Counted from the first letter of the stretch, positions 37,173 through 46,302 are shown. The stretch is 57,175 nt of DNA from an uncultured Erysipelotrichaceae bacterium (GCA_902797265.1 CADBSF010000023.1:1-57175), one strand, 5' to 3'. Notes: generated from the sequence alone by a model not told the origin. Numbers and translations are program-made.

Positions 37173-38663
37173 CTACTCGCCTAACTTCATTGTAGCAGGA
37201 ATTCCAGTTGTATAATTTGCATTATTCATATCATTAGAAATATTTGGAGTTAAAGCTACTTGATTCGTAGGATATACAGGATTAGAAGGAAGATCTGGTA
37301 CAGGAGTAACAGGTTGATTATTTTCAACTGTACTACTAACTGCATTAACATCTGATACAGATGGAGTAAATCCATTTGTATTCTCTTCTCTTAGCATTTG
37401 ATTAACCATATTTGAAGTTGGATAAACACTCTCTTGAGAAGCAGTTTCTTCTGTTAAAACTTCACTTTGTACAGATTCAACTTGATTTGTATTATCTTCA
37501 CTAGTAACCACTTTATTAATAGTATTAGTCTCTTCTGTTGTTGTTATATTATCTTGACTAATCTCTTCGTAATTAGAATTATCTTTTCCACTACGAATTG
37601 GTAATTCATCAGGTAATCCACTAATAATATCAGAAACATTGATATTTTGATTTTCTATATATTCAATCAAATGATTACTTGGTTTACACATCATAGGTTT
37701 TCCAAACATTTTTTGATAAATAACACGAGAAATTGGAACATTATTATCATCAACATAAAATTCACATACTTCATCTAATTCACGATGGAATTTTCCATAT
37801 TCTTTTGAATAAAAAGCTTTAATATGAACTCCTAACTGGATATAACGATATATGGTAGTTAAGAATTGATGAACATCCAAATCTGTTTCCATTAAGGAAT
37901 ATAAACGATAAGGAATAGCAGATGCTTTATCCGCATGGATTGTTGATAAAATATTATGTCCAGAAGAAATCGAATTACGAACTGCAGAAACAGCTTCTGC
38001 AGAACGTACTTCTGATAGTAATATCCATTTAGGATTCTGTCTCATACAAGTTACTAATACGTCAGAATAACTAGCAACGTTATTTGTCTTCATTGAAACA
38101 ATATCTCTTTGTGGAAATATTTTATCCAAATGCAACTCTAGTGTATCTTCAATGGTTATGATTTTTTCATTAGTTTTGGTATGACTTGCTAAATACTTAA
38201 CAAACTCTGTTTTACCAGAACCAGTTTCTCCAGCAACCATTATGTTACAATGACCTTCAACGCATTTGATTAAAAAGTCATGAATGGTTGGTGTAAAATA
38301 ATCTTCTTGAATTAATTTATCTTTTTCAAGACGTATTTTAGCAGGAGTTTTACGAATAACTAGTGCAATTCCATTTGTTGCGATAGATTGATGAACAAAG
38401 TTCATACGTAACTCTGCAGATTCAGCATCCAAAAATGGTTTTGCATTATTAAATGTAGTACCCATAACATTAGAACACTGAAAAGCAAGTTTCTCAACGA
38501 ATTCAGGAGTAGCACCTTCTACTTCAACTCTTAAAGATCCTTGTGTAAGTGAACGAATCCAAATTTGTCCACCATTATCAAATGAAATATCTGTAATATC
38601 GTCGTTATCTAATAAAGAACGAAAAGGCCCAAAATCCAATTTATCAAAAATATTTTCGTTCAT
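37173..38663 (-). CDS. TadA/CpaF-type secretion ATPase (VirB11/T2SS-E superfamily) with low-complexity C-terminal tail
   Basis: Walker A MVAGETGSGKTEF, Walker B/Asp-box region WILLSEVRSAEA and His box STIHA. A ~140-aa S/T/N/V-rich tail (37173..~37601) lies beyond the ATPase core. Confidence 0.8.
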   Translation of the reverse strand: MNENIFDKLDFGPFRSLLDNDDITDISFDNGGQIWIRSLTQGSLRVEVEGATPEFVEKLAFQCSNVMGTTFNNAKPFLDAESAELRMNFVHQSIATNGIALVIRKTPAKIRLEKDKLIQEDYFTPTIHDFLIKCVEGHCNIMVAGETGSGKTEFVKYLASHTKTNEKIITIEDTLELHLDKIFPQRDIVSMKTNNVASYSDVLVTCMRQNPKWILLSEVRSAEAVSAVRNSISSGHNILSTIHADKASAIPYRLYSLMETDLDVHQFLTTIYRYIQLGVHIKAFYSKEYGKFHRELDEVCEFYVDDNNVPISRVIYQKMFGKPMMCKPSNHLIEYIENQNINVSDIISGLPDELPIRSGKDNSNYEEISQDNITTTEETNTINKVVTSEDNTNQVESVQSEVLTEETASQESVYPTSNMVNQMLREENTNGFTPSVSDVNAVSSTVENNQPVTPVPDLPSNPVYPTNQVALTPNISNDMNNANYTTGIPATMKLGE

Positions 38664-38701
38664 CTAGCTCACATCCCTTTTTATTCTTATTGTTCTTTTA
38701 A

Positions 38702-39508
38702 TTAACTTTCTGTCCAAACAGTATGTTGATTAATCCAATCTTTTAATTGTTCACTAGAAATCTCTTGATCAGCAGGTTCATCTTTTAAACTTTCATTAGT
38801 AGGAACTAATATTAAGTTTGTATCATAAGTTCTCATGAATTCTGCTTTTTTAAGAAGTACAAATGTTTCTTCAGGAACAGCAAACACTACCATAGCTGGA
38901 ACTCTTACTTCATCTAAGTTTTGGAATACAGGTTGTCCATTAGCATCTTTAACAGCTAATACTTCAATGTTAGAAATTAGTTTACCTAACATAATTTTGT
39001 CAGCATCAGCATCAAGTTTTTGATTATTATCAAGTTTATTAACTGCTTTTAAATAGATGTCAATATAGTTTCCTGGGTATACAGAGTTTCCATAAGTAGA
39101 AGCTGTACTAACGCTTAAGTTATATAGAACATATCCTTTTGGATAATCTAATATAATATTTGCTGGTAATTGTTCTTTTTCAACAACTGCTCTTTTATAG
39201 AATAAGCTTCCTTTTGGAATAACAGAATCAGCAGCAGAATATTTATCAACAATTTCCCCTATGTTTTGAATTACATCACCTTCAAGCATTGAAGGAGGTA
39301 CATTTCTTGTTGATATCATTGATTCTGTTATCTGAGTTCCTGGATTAATTTGTTCTGCAGCATAAGGTACAGAAACTGGATTAATTTGTGAGTTAATACG
39401 CATTGTGTAAGCAAAATATAATACTACAATTGCTGCGATAACCCCGACTACAGTAACTGTATTTTTATTTTGCATAAATTTTTTTAAACTAGTAGATAAA
39501 TTTCCCAT
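38702..39508 (-). CDS. CpaB/RcpC-like Flp pilus assembly protein (SAF domain)
   Basis: N-terminal TM helix, then a SAF-like block VSVPYAAEQINPGTQITESMISTRNVPPSMLEGDVI...ADSVIPKGSLF as in CpaB. 268 aa. Confidence 0.6.
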   Translation of the reverse strand: MGNLSTSLKKFMQNKNTVTVVGVIAAIVVLYFAYTMRINSQINPVSVPYAAEQINPGTQITESMISTRNVPPSMLEGDVIQNIGEIVDKYSAADSVIPKGSLFYKRAVVEKEQLPANIILDYPKGYVLYNLSVSTASTYGNSVYPGNYIDIYLKAVNKLDNNQKLDADADKIMLGKLISNIEVLAVKDANGQPVFQNLDEVRVPAMVVFAVPEETFVLLKKAEFMRTYDTNLILVPTNESLKDEPADQEISSEQLKDWINQHTVWTES

Positions 39509-39530
39509 TTTTATTCTTCTCCTTACTTAA

Positions 39531-40037
39531 TTAATTTTTATTTTGTAGCTCTATTAAAGACTTACATTGATCTAAAGTCATATTCTTTAAACCTTCCTCA
39601 ACTGGAAAATCACTATAAACATTAGATTCAACAATCATATCATAACTAGTTGAAATATTTCCTGAATCTTTAGATTCTTTTCCATCTTTATCCTTTACTT
39701 TTACAGAAAGAACAGTTTGAGAATCTACTTTAATACTTGCTTTTGGTGGAACTTCATTAATATCATAGAACTTAATATTATAATCTCTTGTTCCATCTAC
39801 ACTATTAGCAAATCGATAAACGAAGCTTTCAACAAATTTTTCTTTATCGATTCTAAGTAGACCACAGGTTCTTAAATATGTATTATCAATGGCATCAAGA
39901 GCAGCGGCATCCGCTGTCTCTTTTACCAAATAATAATCTAATTCTCCTCCAGTTGAATAATTAGTAAGTACATTAATCATTAGAAGAGCAATAACACTTA
40001 ACAAAATTATTCCTACTGCCAACATTCCTTTATTCAT
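39531..40037 (-). CDS. N-anchored ~170-aa protein with prepilin-like short leader (module copy B)
   Basis: Starts MNKG followed by MLAVGIILLSVIALLMINVL, then the conserved STGGELDYYLVKETADAAALDAID. By eye ~70-75% identical to 45773..46285. Confidence 0.55.
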   Translation of the reverse strand: MNKGMLAVGIILLSVIALLMINVLTNYSTGGELDYYLVKETADAAALDAIDNTYLRTCGLLRIDKEKFVESFVYRFANSVDGTRDYNIKFYDINEVPPKASIKVDSQTVLSVKVKDKDGKESKDSGNISTSYDMIVESNVYSDFPVEEGLKNMTLDQCKSLIELQNKN

Positions 40038-40055
40038 TGTTCATCACTCCTCCTC

Positions 40056-42794
40056 TTAATATTCTTCACATTGTGTAGCTCGATAGTTTCTAATGTTATT
40101 ACAATGTAATACACTAGGACTTGGTGCTGTTACATCTTTTAACTTATCTTTACCTCTTAATAATGGTGATTCATATACACCAATATTTTGAATTGTAAGT
40201 TCTCCATCAAATGTACCAAATTGTTTATTTTGTGTTCTTAGTTTTTTAATTTCTTCACGAGTAAGTGTTATCTCATAGTCTAGATATTCATTACTATAAA
40301 TACTATATCCTTTTTCCTCTACAAATGTTTTATAAGCAGATGGATTTGAAGTATATTCAGGGTCCTTCAATGTATTTGTAGCATAACTACTCCAGTTAAA
40401 TGGAACTGCTTCACTCTTAGAAGAGCCATCTTTACTTGGGAATAAATTCTCAAGACTTACAGAACGAACTTTATACTCTTTCTTTTTATCAGAATCATCA
40501 GAAATACTGATACATTTTTTATCACAATTTTCAACTTTATCAAGACCACCAAGAGCATAGAAACATGAAATATCAATATCCCATTCAAATAATCCGAATT
40601 TTCTTGTAGTTGCTTTGATGTTATATTTAACATTCTTTACATCTTCCTCAGTAAATGTTCCATAAGTAGTAGCATAATTACATGTATTAGTACAGTTCTT
40701 ACCATCTTCAATATAACTTGTAGTTTCTGAATTAGCAGCATAAGATGGATCATTTCCATGCATCTTAGCATAATAGTATAACCACCATTTTTCATTTACA
40801 TAAGGGAAATCATATGGTATACAGAATTTTTTATCTGTCTTAGTCCATGCTTTTCCAGTAATTTCTTTGAATGATATTTCACCAGTCTTAGCATTATGCC
40901 ATGTACCTGGGAAACTCCATTCAGATAAATACCATCTTTGATCAATACTTGTAGATGTAGTTCCTTCTGTTCCACTTGTAGTAGTTCCACTGAATGAAGA
41001 ACTTCCTACTGGGTTGTAGCAACCATCAGCATCTAATAATGTACTATCTTTTGTACTCTTAGTATTAACTCCTGAGTATGCCATTTCATCTTTACTTCTT
41101 GAGTAAGGGAAGTTAATCCATGTTTCTTCACTCTTACCTTTTTCTAAGTAAGATACTGAAATAGTAAATTCAGCAGTTGATGTATTACATTTAGCATAAG
41201 CTTCACATTGAGATTTTAATTTTAAGTAAGTTTTTGCATTTTCTTCTGCATCAACTTTATAGTCTTCTAAGTTAAGGTAAACATCACCTGTTCCACCTTT
41301 CCAAGAACATTTATCACTACATATATTTCTTATTGGAATACCATTTTCTATTTTTGTATAATCTTTTTTAGGAGGAATTCCCCATTTATGACCTTGATGC
41401 CATCTAGATAAGCCATCACCTGTCCAATAAATTTTACCTTTTTTACAAACATATTTTCCTTCACTATTAGGAACTTTAGTTGTATTCTTATTAGCAACTT
41501 TAGAAACCGTATAATCATCTGTACTATTTAATTTTTCAGCATAAGATAATTCTAAAGTAGATGTTTTAGTAGTTGTTTCACCATATACTTCTTGATAACA
41601 CTTATCACTACATTTATCAGAATACTTACCACCATCACATTCAGCAATACAACTATCGAAATCTTCACTTGGACCACCTTGTCTCATTGTTTCTGAACCA
41701 TGGTGTACACAAACTGGTGTAGGTGTTTCTAATATAGCGTCTTTTGGTTTTGGAACACCTGAATCACTAGAACAATTTACACGGCTAGTAACTTTAACTT
41801 TGTATTCAAAACATAAACCAGCTTTAGAAGCAACAGGAGCTCCATATTCTACTTCAACAACCTCTTCACATTTTATTTTACAAGAAACTGTTTCTGATTT
41901 AGCTTGACATCCATAATTATATACATATTTTCCTTCAATAGATGCAAGAGTTCCTTCACCATATAAATAATTTGTATTTACATAGTATTCACTATCATTT
42001 TCAGGAACACCAGTAACTAATTTATAAGGATCACATTTAAAAGAAGCAGTAGACACTCCTAATTTTGAAAATGTATTTCTTTCAGCAGTAAACGTATATG
42101 CTTTTTTACTACTTTCTGGTGCATTATTATATCTATTTTTCATATCACAGAACTTATATTCAAAAGATTCTGCAGCAAATTTTGATTGATAAGAATTACA
42201 ATCAATTCCAGGTGTACCAACACTGTCAGGTAAATTAGCAGCAGTAAGCACTTCTTGTGATGGTTTATAAAAATTACTTATAGAAATCCAAACCAACATG
42301 GAAGAACCTGCTCCACAATTTTTTGTTAATTGTGGATCCGTAAATAATGGTTGTAAAATTACCTTAATTGACTCATATTCTTCTGAAAAAGTATTAAAAA
42401 TTATTTCATTTTTCGAACTTAATGTTAAATTGGAATTACGTATTTTAGAAGCAAAATCAGGAATATCAACTTCAACTAAATCCACATCTCTAATGCCATG
42501 AACAGCCACTACTTTAAATTTTACTTCATCCTTTATTTTTCCATTCGTCTTAAAAGCATTAGCAATCATATTACTATTTAATTGCATTCTAATATAATCT
42601 GGGTTTAAATCCTTATTATAAGCAAAAGAAATACCATATCTTGATTGAAAGTCTGTAGTACTAAAACTAGTACATTTATCACTTCCATCACCGGCTACTT
42701 CTGCATTTCTATCATCTGCAAAAACATTGACATATGAAAAAGCTAAAAATAAAATTAAAACCCCTATTATTCTTTTATAATGAATCTTCTTCAT
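40056..42794 (-). CDS. large secreted cysteine-rich protein, unknown family (module copy B)
   Basis: AAGGGAG RBS lies 9 nt before the ATG at 42794. Signal peptide MKKIHYKRIIGVLILFLAFSYVNVFA; ~29 Cys by manual count; no C-terminal sorting signal. Paralog of 46303..49200. Confidence 0.65.
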   Translation of the reverse strand: MKKIHYKRIIGVLILFLAFSYVNVFADDRNAEVAGDGSDKCTSFSTTDFQSRYGISFAYNKDLNPDYIRMQLNSNMIANAFKTNGKIKDEVKFKVVAVHGIRDVDLVEVDIPDFASKIRNSNLTLSSKNEIIFNTFSEEYESIKVILQPLFTDPQLTKNCGAGSSMLVWISISNFYKPSQEVLTAANLPDSVGTPGIDCNSYQSKFAAESFEYKFCDMKNRYNNAPESSKKAYTFTAERNTFSKLGVSTASFKCDPYKLVTGVPENDSEYYVNTNYLYGEGTLASIEGKYVYNYGCQAKSETVSCKIKCEEVVEVEYGAPVASKAGLCFEYKVKVTSRVNCSSDSGVPKPKDAILETPTPVCVHHGSETMRQGGPSEDFDSCIAECDGGKYSDKCSDKCYQEVYGETTTKTSTLELSYAEKLNSTDDYTVSKVANKNTTKVPNSEGKYVCKKGKIYWTGDGLSRWHQGHKWGIPPKKDYTKIENGIPIRNICSDKCSWKGGTGDVYLNLEDYKVDAEENAKTYLKLKSQCEAYAKCNTSTAEFTISVSYLEKGKSEETWINFPYSRSKDEMAYSGVNTKSTKDSTLLDADGCYNPVGSSSFSGTTTSGTEGTTSTSIDQRWYLSEWSFPGTWHNAKTGEISFKEITGKAWTKTDKKFCIPYDFPYVNEKWWLYYYAKMHGNDPSYAANSETTSYIEDGKNCTNTCNYATTYGTFTEEDVKNVKYNIKATTRKFGLFEWDIDISCFYALGGLDKVENCDKKCISISDDSDKKKEYKVRSVSLENLFPSKDGSSKSEAVPFNWSSYATNTLKDPEYTSNPSAYKTFVEEKGYSIYSNEYLDYEITLTREEIKKLRTQNKQFGTFDGELTIQNIGVYESPLLRGKDKLKDVTAPSPSVLHCNNIRNYRATQCEEY

Positions 42795-43614
42795 TATTGT
42801 CATCTCCCTTCAATTTTTTTTCAATTTTTGAATATTTTTTTGTAGTAGTAACTTTATAATCTGTTATTTCTTCATTATCTCTTAATAATCTACCATTTAC
42901 AATAACTTGATAATAAGGACTAGTTCCAAAAAATCTAGTACATGTATAAATAGATATTAAAGAATCTTTTTCATTAACGTCGACATCATATTGATATAGA
43001 CTTTCCTTTCGAAGCAAACTAATTTGCTCTTTCATTTCTTCTTCATCATAATCATCGCCAGCTGGAAAAGAGGTAACATCAGCATTTTTTATAAAATCAA
43101 CTGCAAAGATTTTATACACATAATCTTTTCCATCAATTGTAAATTGAATATATTTGTTTTCCTTTGCAAAATCATAATAAACATAAGCCATTAATTCTTC
43201 CAATCTTTTAAATTTTTCAGAATGAATCTTAGGAGTAGAAGATAAATTGAAAATATTATGACCCATTAAATTTATCATATTATGAAAATTAGGATCAAAA
43301 TTTTCTGACCAAACATAGCTTTCTAATTCTACTGGAAAATCAAAAGAACGATTAGTACTATAAAGAACAGGATAATCAATATTAGTGCCTTCCATTCTCA
43401 GCCATCCTATTACTCTATAAGATGAATCACTGGTAATAACAGTTTCTTCAATATTTTTCGTTCGTGATTCAACAGTAAACAATTCTTTGGTTTTCTTCGA
43501 CTGCTTATTAATACTTCCAAGCGAAGAAACAATTCCAATTATCATAATGAATAAAAGAAATACACCTATTAGAGAATAAAAATATTTACTTTTTTTATTC
43601 TTTCTTTTCATCAT
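42775..43614 (-). CDS. class B sortase-like cysteine transpeptidase (module copy B)
   Basis: N-terminal TM helix plus blocks that align with S. aureus SrtB: VIGWLRMEGTNIDYPVLY, MGHNI (His) and LISIYTCT (TLxTC-type Cys). An Arg lies in NGRLL. AAGGAG RBS precedes the ATG at 43614. Confidence 0.65.
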   Translation of the reverse strand: MMKRKNKKSKYFYSLIGVFLLFIMIIGIVSSLGSINKQSKKTKELFTVESRTKNIEETVITSDSSYRVIGWLRMEGTNIDYPVLYSTNRSFDFPVELESYVWSENFDPNFHNMINLMGHNIFNLSSTPKIHSEKFKRLEELMAYVYYDFAKENKYIQFTIDGKDYVYKIFAVDFIKNADVTSFPAGDDYDEEEMKEQISLLRKESLYQYDVDVNEKDSLISIYTCTRFFGTSPYYQVIVNGRLLRDNEEITDYKVTTTKKYSKIEKKLKGDDNNEEDSL

Positions 43615-43637
43615 CAAAACTCCTTTATAATCATGTT

Positions 43638-45425
43638 CTATTTAATTTTATAGGGTTCTTGAATTGTTCCTTTGCCAGAAACAATAGTTGCATTTTCTTT
43701 GATATAGCCAACAACACGAATTCCTAATTCAAATCCACTTCCAATCTTTTCATTGATAGGAACTCCGATGTTATACACAGCTGCTATTCTCTTACTATTC
43801 TTACTAGAATTTAGATACCAATAAGAACCGTTTTGTTTAGATTGTGCAGAAAATAAATCATACATATTTGGAGCAGATAATATAGCATTATACTCTTTTG
43901 TCTCAACTTCCTTTCCGTATAAAAATCTATCTTTATAAATCGGTACTTGAATTTTATGATTGACAAAATAGTGTGTATCAATAGACTCGCTTACTTTATT
44001 ATTAATAAAATAACCAACATTATTTTTTTCTTTAACATTATAAATGTAATTACTTCTATTCGTATCAACAATATAAGTTATTTCTTCAGAAGAATTTGTA
44101 ACAACATCTGTATTGATAACTTTTGTTGTTCCATCTTTTAATGATTCAATAATTCTAAATAAATCTCCTCCAATATCTATGTATTCACCAGAATACCTAT
44201 CATGAACATAATCACCTGGTTTTGCTTTCTTATTATCAGATAATACATAAGGATTGTCTTCTGAACCATCACCATCAATAATTAATGAATTTTTCATCAA
44301 AGTTAACATTGGTCTTACTCCATAAGTTTCATCTACGCTATAAGGTATATAAGAATAATTTGCATATTCATTAACAAATGCATCTCTTGTTACATAAGCA
44401 TTCTTAGAATCTTTTTTATCAGCTACCCAAGACATCGTTCTAGTTTTCATAAAATTGCTATCTGTAGAAGCTGCTTCATTTACTTCAACAACAGAAGGAA
44501 TATAAACTTTTCGTTTCTTTGTGTAAGAACTACAATCTGTAGTACCTACAGCATTTTCATCTAAAGTCATATCACAATACTTGCTATCGACAACTAATTT
44601 CTTACTCTCATCTGTTAAGTGATCATAGAAATATTTTAGCCAAGAATCTAATCCTGAATAATTCACATTACTAATATCTTCATCCGCAACTATTTTGATA
44701 TTATCATTTTCATCAATTCCATAGATACGGAAAAGCATATTTGAAAAAGTAACATAATTATTATAAGGATTACCTGAATAATTTTTTTCAGTAGATAAAT
44801 CTTTCTTTACAGTACTATACAAATCTTGAACAACATTAACCGTTCTAGTAGAAACTCCTTTGTTACTCAAACCATCAAACGCTGAATAAGTAAGAGTGTA
44901 AGTTCCTGTCACTTGAGTATTTACTTCTCCTTTAACAGTAACATCGGATTTATCCATTTTGCCATCTTTGTTGTCAACAACACTGTTAACTCCTGGATCC
45001 ATAAATGATTCTCCTAAGCTAAGAGTAATTTCCTTTTCTCCATTCAATTTGATTACAGGTCCTGTATGATCAACCATTGATTTTAATAATCCACATTCTA
45101 AATAAACATAATATTTGTATTCTCCATTTACTCTTTTTACTTTAACCCAACTATTATCAAGTGAGCATGTAGTTTTAGTATAAGGAATTAACACATCTTC
45201 CTCAATAAAAGATTTGTGATATAAAGTCTTCAAAGTAACTGCCTTAACTCTCTCACCAGTAGGCAATTCACTAGTATATAGTTCAAAATATCTTTCTGCT
45301 GCTTTTCTTAGTTTATTTTCATTTTCTCTAAAAATAATAGTAGGCCATATGATTAAAAACCAAATAAATACAACGACAAGAAATATTGTTACTAATAACT
45401 TCCAACTATTCTTTTTATTCTTCAT
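43638..45425 (-). CDS. N-anchored surface protein: Ig-like (DUF5011-type) domain + two 'GVRP / GxG(T/S)xExPY' modules (module copy B)
   Basis: TM helix LLVTIFLVVVFIWFLIIW. Ig-like block GPVIKLNGEKEITLSLGESFMDPGVNSVVDNKDGKMD...VTGTYTLTYSAFDGLSN...RTVNVV. Module motifs YGVRPMLTL...GDGSEDNPYVL and GIRVVGYI...GKGTIQEPYKIK. Confidence 0.6.
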   Translation of the reverse strand: MKNKKNSWKLLVTIFLVVVFIWFLIIWPTIIFRENENKLRKAAERYFELYTSELPTGERVKAVTLKTLYHKSFIEEDVLIPYTKTTCSLDNSWVKVKRVNGEYKYYVYLECGLLKSMVDHTGPVIKLNGEKEITLSLGESFMDPGVNSVVDNKDGKMDKSDVTVKGEVNTQVTGTYTLTYSAFDGLSNKGVSTRTVNVVQDLYSTVKKDLSTEKNYSGNPYNNYVTFSNMLFRIYGIDENDNIKIVADEDISNVNYSGLDSWLKYFYDHLTDESKKLVVDSKYCDMTLDENAVGTTDCSSYTKKRKVYIPSVVEVNEAASTDSNFMKTRTMSWVADKKDSKNAYVTRDAFVNEYANYSYIPYSVDETYGVRPMLTLMKNSLIIDGDGSEDNPYVLSDNKKAKPGDYVHDRYSGEYIDIGGDLFRIIESLKDGTTKVINTDVVTNSSEEITYIVDTNRSNYIYNVKEKNNVGYFINNKVSESIDTHYFVNHKIQVPIYKDRFLYGKEVETKEYNAILSAPNMYDLFSAQSKQNGSYWYLNSSKNSKRIAAVYNIGVPINEKIGSGFELGIRVVGYIKENATIVSGKGTIQEPYKIK

Positions 45426-45467
45426 ATTTTTCTCCCTTATAAAAACACTAAAACTATTCTATTACTT

Positions 45468-45495
45468 ATTGTATCATATTCATGATAAATGTCAA
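45468..45495 (-). promoter_or_regulatory. near-consensus SigA promoter for module copy B and downstream genes
   Basis: Minus strand: TTGACA-16 nt-TACAAT, with TGA giving an extended -10. It lies ~42 nt upstream of the ATG at 45425, which has an AAGGGAG RBS. Confidence 0.55.
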
Positions 45496-45657
45496 CACAT
45501 CGAACCCAATAACTTTGCTTTTTGACACGTAATAGATGAAAAAAGTATCTTTATAATGAGAAATCGGTAAATAGTCAAAAAATTATATTATTTTAATGAA
45601 AAACCTATTCTAAAAAAGTAAAACATAATGAATATCTTTCTTAGAAAACTATTGCAT

Positions 45658-45677
45658 ACCGAATCCCCTCTTTCGGT
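45658..45677 (-). other. small hairpin with SD-like loop in the inter-module spacer
   Basis: Minus strand ACCGAA-AGAGGGGA-TTCGGT followed directly by ATG CAA TAG. It lies just downstream of a TGATATAAT extended -10 element (45683..45691). Confidence 0.35.
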
Positions 45678-45682
45678 GACTT

Positions 45683-45691
45683 ATTATATCA
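45683..45691 (-). promoter_or_regulatory. extended -10 element (TGATATAAT) without a good -35
   Basis: Read on the minus strand in the 347-nt spacer. The best -35 candidate is TTGTTT at 18 nt. Confidence 0.3.
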
Positions 45692-45772
45692 TTATTCTTG
45701 CAAAAAAACAAGATTTTTTTACAAGAACAAAATGAATGAAAAAAAATGCCTTAAAAAGACACTTTTTTCAAA

Positions 45773-46285
45773 TCAATTTCTAAGTTCTTGTAGAGCTTTA
45801 CATCTATCAGATGTTTGATTATGTAAACCCTCTTCTACTGGAAAATCATTATATACAGTAGTTTCTACTACTAAATCATAATTAGTACTGATTTTAGCAG
45901 ATTGATTATCTCCATAATCATTATTACCGTTTCCTTTTCCTCCAGAATTAACAGCAAGTACCGTATTTGAGTCTACTTTAATACTAACTCTTGGAGGAAC
46001 TTCATTAATATCATAAAAACTAATATCATAATCTCTTGTAGCATCTACACTATTCGCAAAACGATAAACAAAACTCTCTATAAATTTTTCTTTATCCATT
46101 CGAAGTAATCCACAATCTCTTAGATAAGCTTGATCAATAGCTTCTAAAGCAGCGGCATCTGCTGTTTCTTTTACTAAATAATAATCTAGTTCTCCACCTG
46201 TTGAGAAATTGGTAAGAACATTAAGCATTAGAAGAGCAACAATACCCAACAAAATGATTCCTACCGTTAACATTGCTTTATTCAT
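45773..46285 (-). CDS. N-anchored ~170-aa protein with prepilin-like short leader (module copy A)
   Basis: Starts MNKA followed by MLTVGIILLGIVALLMLNVL, then STGGELDYYLVKETADAAALEAID. GGAGGAG RBS. Paralog of 39531..40037. Confidence 0.55.
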   Translation of the reverse strand: MNKAMLTVGIILLGIVALLMLNVLTNFSTGGELDYYLVKETADAAALEAIDQAYLRDCGLLRMDKEKFIESFVYRFANSVDATRDYDISFYDINEVPPRVSIKVDSNTVLAVNSGGKGNGNNDYGDNQSAKISTNYDLVVETTVYNDFPVEEGLHNQTSDRCKALQELRN

Positions 46286-46302
46286 ATATTATTACTCCTC
46301 CT

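Noticed and set aside
41640-42250. LPxTG-like or NPxTG-like strings inside locus proteins (for example NLPDSVGTPG in the 915-aa protein; NPNSTG in the 965-aa protein)
   Set aside because: They are internal, are not followed by a hydrophobic segment plus a positive tail, and are not conserved between the paralogs. They are not sorting signals.
45426-45772. Known riboswitch (for example c-di-GMP class I/II, which control pilus genes in clostridia) in the spacer
   Set aside because: The spacer is extremely AT-rich. I could not recognise any conserved riboswitch core or multi-stem junction beyond one 6-bp hairpin. An Infernal/Rfam scan would be needed to be certain.
45628-45819. 63-codon plus-strand ORF (MNIFLRKLLHTESPLS...) spanning the inter-module spacer and the 3' end of 45773-46285
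   Set aside because: It has no RBS, overlaps the convergent end of a conserved paralogous gene and has a low-complexity composition. It is probably a chance ORF. It was not in the supplied track.
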